DNA of 64,000 bases from Octopus sinensis (Eukaryota). How positions within the stretch are numbered: position 1 is the stretch's first letter; every line of letters begins with the position of its first letter. A program made the position numbers and the translations under genes. Positions 57,641 through 64,000 of this stretch are shown piece after piece. Below the pieces are notes generated by a model. That model had not been told where the DNA came from. It was given only the letters and a program-made list of their open reading frames with translations, and did no database searches. Location: assembly GCF_006345805.1 (NCBI RefSeq), contig NW_021836310.1, positions 9,746 through 73,745 of the forward strand, read 5' to 3'.

Positions 57641-58327
57641 ATGTATAAATATATATACATGTATACATGCATGTATATATAGCTGTTTCTGCTATAAGGT
57701 TAAGTGCACTCAGAGCTGTAATCTCATGATGTTCATTACATAATTTACTGTTCCTCTGTCATTTATTTAATTTCCCGCTTTATTCTGAAACATTTGTATT
57801 TCTATGCCAAAGCAAAATATTAATATATTTATATAATATGATGGACTCTCTCGTCGTGAGACGACGTATGAGGGTTTGGCAATTTCTTGCCGAACAACCA
57901 TACAGGTGTTTTGTTTATAGTGATCAAATGTTTGTGTACACATAAGCTCAGGCCTTCCATCAAATCAACATTACCTGTACAGGTACACCGAGCGCCACAT
58001 GTCAGATGACGAAATGACCGCAGAGTAACATGAAATGAGGTTCTTTGCCCAAGAACACAACGCAACGCTCGGTCTGTGAATCGAACCCTCGATATAGCAA
58101 TTATGAGTGCAACCCCCTCACCACTAAGCCATGCACCTTCACACACACACACACACACACACAAGGTTGAGCACATAAGTGCAAAACAAGGTGGAAAAGT
58201 TGGTACTCGAATACCAAAGGTAGAGTAATGTGCTTTTATTAAAGCTGCAAAATCATCACAATTTTCGGACAGCTGTGATGGAAACTGAATTAAAACTATA
58301 AACACAATTTTATTCAGTTTATATATA

Positions 58328-58368
<41 letters not shown>

Positions 58369-58712
58369 TATATATATAAAGGCGTGCTCCAGCATGGCCG
58401 CAGTCAAATGACTGAGACAAGTAAAATAGTAAAAGAGTAAAGAGTATATATATAAGAAATATATATATATTATAATTATATACATAATTATAACAAGGGC
58501 TTCGCTTGCGCCTCACTAAGCACTGAAAAATAGACGTCAAAAGACACTATTGCGATTATAAATTATCCGAGAAAAACAAACAGTGGTTTTTCTCGGAGAA
58601 TTTATGTCTTGTATAATTATGTATATAATTATAAAAATCTATATTAATTTACACTACGAGGTTTTATATTTCGCACAGATTAATTGGTAAAACTCATTTA
58701 TATTTTACCATT

Positions 58713-58787
<75 letters not shown>

Positions 58788-58823
58788 TATATGTAGTAGT
58801 GTATGTATTTATGTATGTATGAC

Positions 58824-58871
<48 letters not shown>

Positions 58872-59135
58872 TTAGAAGAAATGGGGTAATCAGAAGATCG
58901 GATGATTCATATTACAGATATTTATTTATATATTACATTTTTTACATAATATATATCATATCATTCAGATCATATCATTCAGATCATTAGCGATTTCTCC
59001 ATTCTAGTGGGGTTTTCAAATCAAATAAATATATATACATATATATATAACATACACATTTATATATAATATATATACATATATATATATTATACATTAT
59101 ATATATATACATATATATATACAAATAATATATAC

Positions 59136-59182
<47 letters not shown>

Positions 59183-59505
59183 GATATATATATTATATAT
59201 ATATAATATATTATATATATATATACATACATACATACGTATATATATTTGTGTGTTTGTGTGTGTGTGTGTAGATGGGAAACAGTGAGAGAAAGAGGGG
59301 AGACAGAGATGTATTCTTGTGTGTGAGATCGAGAAAAGATTAAAAAATCAAAGTTCCAGAAGAGGCCAAATGTTACAATCTTCGACAAGCCATGATGTCT
59401 ATCATCCATCGACTGACACCGTTACCGATTAACCGTAGCTCCTAGCAATATTCTGTGATGAATTAAATAATTCCAAATATTGGCATTCTTTCGATATTGT
59501 TCTAG

Positions 59506-59577
59506 AAAGTAACGGTGTGAAGAGACGACATCGTTCGTTTCCCCTTTCAACGGAGCCGCTTTATGTGACGAGGAAAG
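59506..59577 (+). CDS. Candidate cytoplasmic exon
   Basis: Acceptor ttctttcgatattgttctag; (K)SNGVKRRHRSFPLSTEPLYVTRK; donor AG|GTTGTG (weak); 72 nt, phase 1-1. The frame stays open to a TGA at 59658-60, so a terminal exon is an alternative. Confidence 0.45.
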
Positions 59578-59894
59578 GTTGTGGGTTAATGGCATCGTTT
59601 ACCGATATCGAAGGATTGCCCCAAATATTTTTCTTACCGGATCAACTAAATCACCACTGATTTTATTCTATGTCTGACTCCTAGAGTAAGACATGGTTTA
59701 ATAGTTAGTGTCTTACACTCCTGATCGCAAGATTGTGGTTTCAGTTCCCAAACCAGGTGGTGCGTTATGTGCTTGAGCAAACCCCTTCATTTCATGCTGC
59801 CCTAGTCCACTCGGCTGTAAATGGATCACCCTGTAGCGGACTGTCTTTCCGTTCAGAGGGAATATTGTGATTTTATACGCCATAGAAAACGGGT

Positions 59895-60125
59895 AACCTA
59901 TTTTTTTACTACCCACAAGGGGCTAAACACAGAGGGGACAAACAAGGACAGACAAACGGATTAAGTCGATTATATCGATCCCAGTAACTGGTACTTAATT
60001 TATCGACCCCGAAAGGATAAAAGGCAAAGTCGACCTCGGCGGAATTTGAACTCAAAACGTAGCGGCAGACGAAATACCGCTAAGCATTTCGCCCGGCGTA
60101 CAAACGATTCTGCCAGGTCGCCGCC
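59895..60125 (-). mobile_element. Meta-like SINE; other copies near 8135-8330, 21710-22050, 26250-26945, 28785-28990, 35240-35400, 43755-43865, 50100-50370, 55010-55175, 60590-60735
   Basis: Same diagnostic blocks as 4042-4435. Confidence 0.75.
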
Positions 60126-60286
60126 TTTTATACGCCTTCGAGGTCTAGGACTTGGATCAGTTATGCCCAAGGGAGGATTATGATGATACTGGTTCCAAAT
60201 CTTGGCACAAGGGTAGAAATTTAAGGGGAGGCGCTAAGTCTATTAAATCACCCCAATGTTCAACTGCTACTTATTTTATCGGAGAA

Positions 60287-60595
60287 GGCGTGTGGCTTAG
60301 TAGTTAGAGCATTCGGGTCACGATCGTGAGGTTGTGAGTACGATTCTTGATAAGCCGTTGTGTTCTTGAGCAAGACACTTTATCTCACGTTGCTCCGGTT
60401 CACTCAGCTGGAAAAAAATGAGTGGTACCTCTATTTGAAAGGACCAGCCTTATCACACTCTTTGTCACGCTGAATCTCCATGAGGACTACGTTAAGGGTA
60501 CACGCATGTGCGGAGTGCTCAGCCACATGCACGTTAATTTCACGAGCAGGCTGTTCCGTTGATCGGATCAACTGGAACCCCCGTCGTCGTAACCG
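60287..60595 (+). mobile_element. Second tRNA-derived SINE family; partial copies near 43500-43670, 57850-58135 (minus), 59695-59860, 61520-61720
   Basis: tRNA-like head GGCGTGTGGCTTAGTAGTTAGAGC, CORE-like GTTCTTGAGCAAGACAC, distinct 3' part (gtcacgctgaatctcc...gagaactacgttaag...tcgtcgtaacc). Confidence 0.75.
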
Positions 60596-60778
60596 TTTAA
60601 CTTATTTTATCGACACCCCGAAAGGATGAAATGCAAAGTCGATCCTGGCGGCATTTGAACCCAGAGCATAAGGACGGAAGAAATGCTGCTAAGTATTTCG
60701 CCCGACTTGCTAACGATTCTGCCAGCTCGCTGCCTTACCACCTTGTATGGTAAGGATGACATTGACGTCCCGTTTAAG

Positions 60779-60838
60779 GGGTGCGCTGCGATCTCTCACA
60801 CCTTCATCTATATGCCACGGAAACCGAATACCAGTTCT
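60779..60838 (+). CDS. Candidate cytoplasmic exon
   Basis: Acceptor tgacgtcccgtttaag, donor CT|GTGAGT; 60 nt, phase 1-1. Translates (G)VRCDLSHLHLYATETEYQF. Confidence 0.55.
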
Positions 60839-61138
60839 GTGAGTCCGAGAGCTCGAGACAGGTCTTACTTCACAGACTTTTAGAAATCTAAATAAAAGAC
60901 AGGTGAGTTAAGCACATATTTGAATAATTAAAAAACATGTGGGTGGAGGGGGGAGGGGTTCGATTTCCATAACACATTTAATAAATATTGATAATTTGAT
61001 TTACTAAAAATTATCAAAGAATTTTTTTCCTTTCAATATTTGTGCTTGGAAATAAATTATCGATATTCACTAATTTTATTATGTAATATATATATATATA
61101 TATACATAGATTTATATATATATATATATATATAATAT

Positions 61139-61202
<64 letters not shown>

Positions 61203-63152
61203 ATATATATATGGAGTTGTATTTGTGTTGTCTAGCATATAATTTCAAAAAATAAATAAATAAATAAATAATATAAATAGCTACAAACTAAATCCGATAA
61301 AGCTTTAGTTACTCGGTGGCGCATTCCTGTTTGTTCGGCTTTTATAGTTTACGAGATCGATTCCAAGATAAACATTAAAGCGACACAATATATTTTGCCA
61401 GGTTTTTTAAAGTTTTTTTATTCACTGCTTGACTTCAGATACACAAACACAGAGACTCGCAGACACACGCCAGACACACAGCAGGAACATACACGCAGAA
61501 ACTATAAAAATGAATCTGAAGTTAGCCTAGCGGTTAGGGCGTTGTACTCACGATCGCAAGGTCGCGGTTTCGATTCCTACACAGGACACGGCATTGTGTT
61601 CTTGAGCAAAGCAATTCCATTTATGTTGTTTCACTCCACTCAGCTATAATGCGACAGACTGGCGCTCCGTTAGGTGGGGATGTCATAATATCTGTCACAT
61701 ATGCCATGGAAATCGTATAACTGGCCCCTTGAGTTTTAGAACTCGAGACAGCAGTGTCCAGTGGTTGGTGGTGGTGGTGGTGGCGATGATGATTTCCTTA
61801 GTTATAACGACATTTTCTTTGGTGGGGGTCCCTTTCTGGCCACTACAAAACGCATCAACAACGCTCCACAATCATCAAATCATTCACAAATTAGGGCCAA
61901 AAATACCTACAAGCGTTAATGAACGTTTAGTTTCAAATTAACACTGATAGAACATAATTAATTCTCTCCTGCCAGGACCACCCTGTCATTTTTAATGGTA
62001 TCTGTTTGTCAATCTGACTGCCATTGGTCTGTTTGGATGGTCAGTTGGCTTGTCTGATGTGTCTGGAATACATTGTCTAATTTATCGTTTCTTCTTTTTC
62101 GAAATTGTAGAAATAGATTGAAAGAGATTTAAAAGCAATATTTAGCATGATGTATGAATGTGTATGTATGCGTGGCTATGTGAGAGAGTGTGTATTTGTG
62201 AGTGTATGTGTGAGTGTGTGTGAGTGAGTGAGTGCATGTGTGTGTGTGAATGTACGTGAGTGTGTGTGTGTATGTGTGTGTGTGCGTAGCTATGCATGAG
62301 TGTGTGTGTATTTGTGAGTGCGTGTGTATATATGAGTGGGTGAGCATGTGTGCGAGTGAATGTGTGTGTGAATGAGCGTATGTGTGTGTGAGTGCATGTA
62401 TGAGAGTGTGTGAATGTGTGAGTGTGATTATGATAATAACGGCACCTATCTACCAGCTGGACGCCGAGTACATTTCTGTACTCCACGGATGCACCCCTTT
62501 CAAAAAACTTGACATGCGCACTCCGTACATTTTGTCTGTTGGCTGCCATGATTCTGTTTAGTTCCTCCGATTAAACATGGTTACACACCTTCCGTCAAAA
62601 ATACAGGCTACCAGCAAGTCAAAGGAGCTTTATGTATTCGTTGTATCTGTTAGAAATATCAACCAAATTCTCATGAAATTAAGCTCTGTGTCTTAAAAAC
62701 AAGAAAGTTGCATTGAAAGATGTAGTTTTAAATACATTGTAGACAACAGCTACGGAGATGTGTTTGAACCTGGAACCGTCTGGTTGTGTAGCCAACATGT
62801 TAGCGACACAGCCACATCTGTGTACCTATGTTGACATTTGTGACTGTCACCAAAATGAAGTACAGGTAACTTGTCATTGGAAGTCTATGATCTACAGGTA
62901 ACATGAGTCATGTTATTTCTGACGTATGTCACACTAACTCATTGATTTACAGGTAACGTGATATAGAGGTAACATGATTGATTAACAGGTAACATGATTC
63001 ATTTGCAGAAATGTGCGTGGGTGTGGGTGGGTATATGTATGGGTGTGTGCGGGTTTCGCAGCCGCATGGCTGAAAGGAATAAAAGAACAAAAGAATATAT
63101 ATATATACATGCATGTTATCCCATGGAGGTTGAATTTACAACCCCTATCTCA

Positions 63153-63211
<59 letters not shown>

Positions 63212-63212
<1 letters not shown>

Positions 63213-63390
63213 TATTATTCGAGACAAAACCACTATTTTGCAAAACAAACAAGGAAAGACTTATCAATACATAAAATTTTAATAAATTTTAATAAATAGT
63301 CAAAAAAATGACTATTTATTAAAATTTTATGTATTGATTAAGTCTTTCCTTGTTTGTTTTGCAAAATAGTGGTTTTGTCTCGAATAATAT
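63212..63390. repeat. Near-perfect palindrome between (TA)n tracts
   Basis: ATATTATTCGAGACAAAACCACTATTTTGC...TAGTCA-A6-TGACTA...GCAAAATAGTGGTTTTGTCTCGAATAATAT. Confidence 0.9.
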
Positions 63391-63475
63391 TTTATAATAT
63401 TTTACTATAAAATCGATTTATCCTAAATCGATTTTTTCCCTGTAAATTTGGATTATTCCTATATTTATTATTATC

Positions 63476-63538
<63 letters not shown>

Positions 63539-63682
63539 GCATGTATGTATGTATTATTATACCTGGACATGGTCATATTTTTGCTTGGTCTTCACTTCGG
63601 CTTTATTATCATTATCATTATCATTATTATCATTATCATTATTATTATTATCATTATTATCATTATTATTATCATTATCATT

Positions 63683-63729
<47 letters not shown>

Positions 63730-64000
63730 CATTATTATTATTATTATCATCATCATCATCATCATTATCATCATTATCTTCGTTTCTTTGTCAAAGCTCT
63801 TTCGTCACAGATCCTGCGACCTCTTCAGCGACTCTTTATCTCACGTCACTCTTCTTGTTCTGTGCCTGCCCGCTAGACAAGCAAGACTGTCGCTGACACA
63901 AGTGTCAGCAATGCCCATGCAAGGGCTTTAAGACGACTGCGGCTTGCACAATACGCCAACGACCTTCACTGGCAATACCAAGAAGCCCAAGGACAAACAA

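Overview
AT-rich, extremely microsatellite-dense eukaryotic DNA. The repeat content (tRNA-derived SINEs with CORE-like and Meta-like domains, (TAA)n-associated non-LTR relics) points to a coleoid cephalopod, most likely Octopus; this is inference, not a database result. Nearly all long ORFs in the supplied track are simple-repeat artefacts. Reading splice signals directly reveals a + strand multi-exon gene for a single-pass type I membrane protein, built from small symmetric phase-1 exons too short for the ORF track: a possible FN3-like exon, a clear transmembrane exon at 29061-29153, two tandem paralogous juxtamembrane exons (34755-34817 and 34895-34963, probably mutually exclusive) and several Ser/Tyr-rich cytoplasmic exons; a receptor tyrosine phosphatase is one hypothesis. 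Its introns hold a decayed mariner with a Chapaev3-like (CMC) transposon nested in it with an exact 3-bp TSD, three more deleted Tc1/mariner elements, MITEs, a probable non-autonomous Helitron, an R4/Dong LINE 3' end, several hammerhead-ribozyme motifs in Penelope-like repeats, long palindromes, and a 1.5-kb near-identical tandem duplication that may be an assembly artefact. No CRISPR array, rRNA or genuine tRNA gene was seen.
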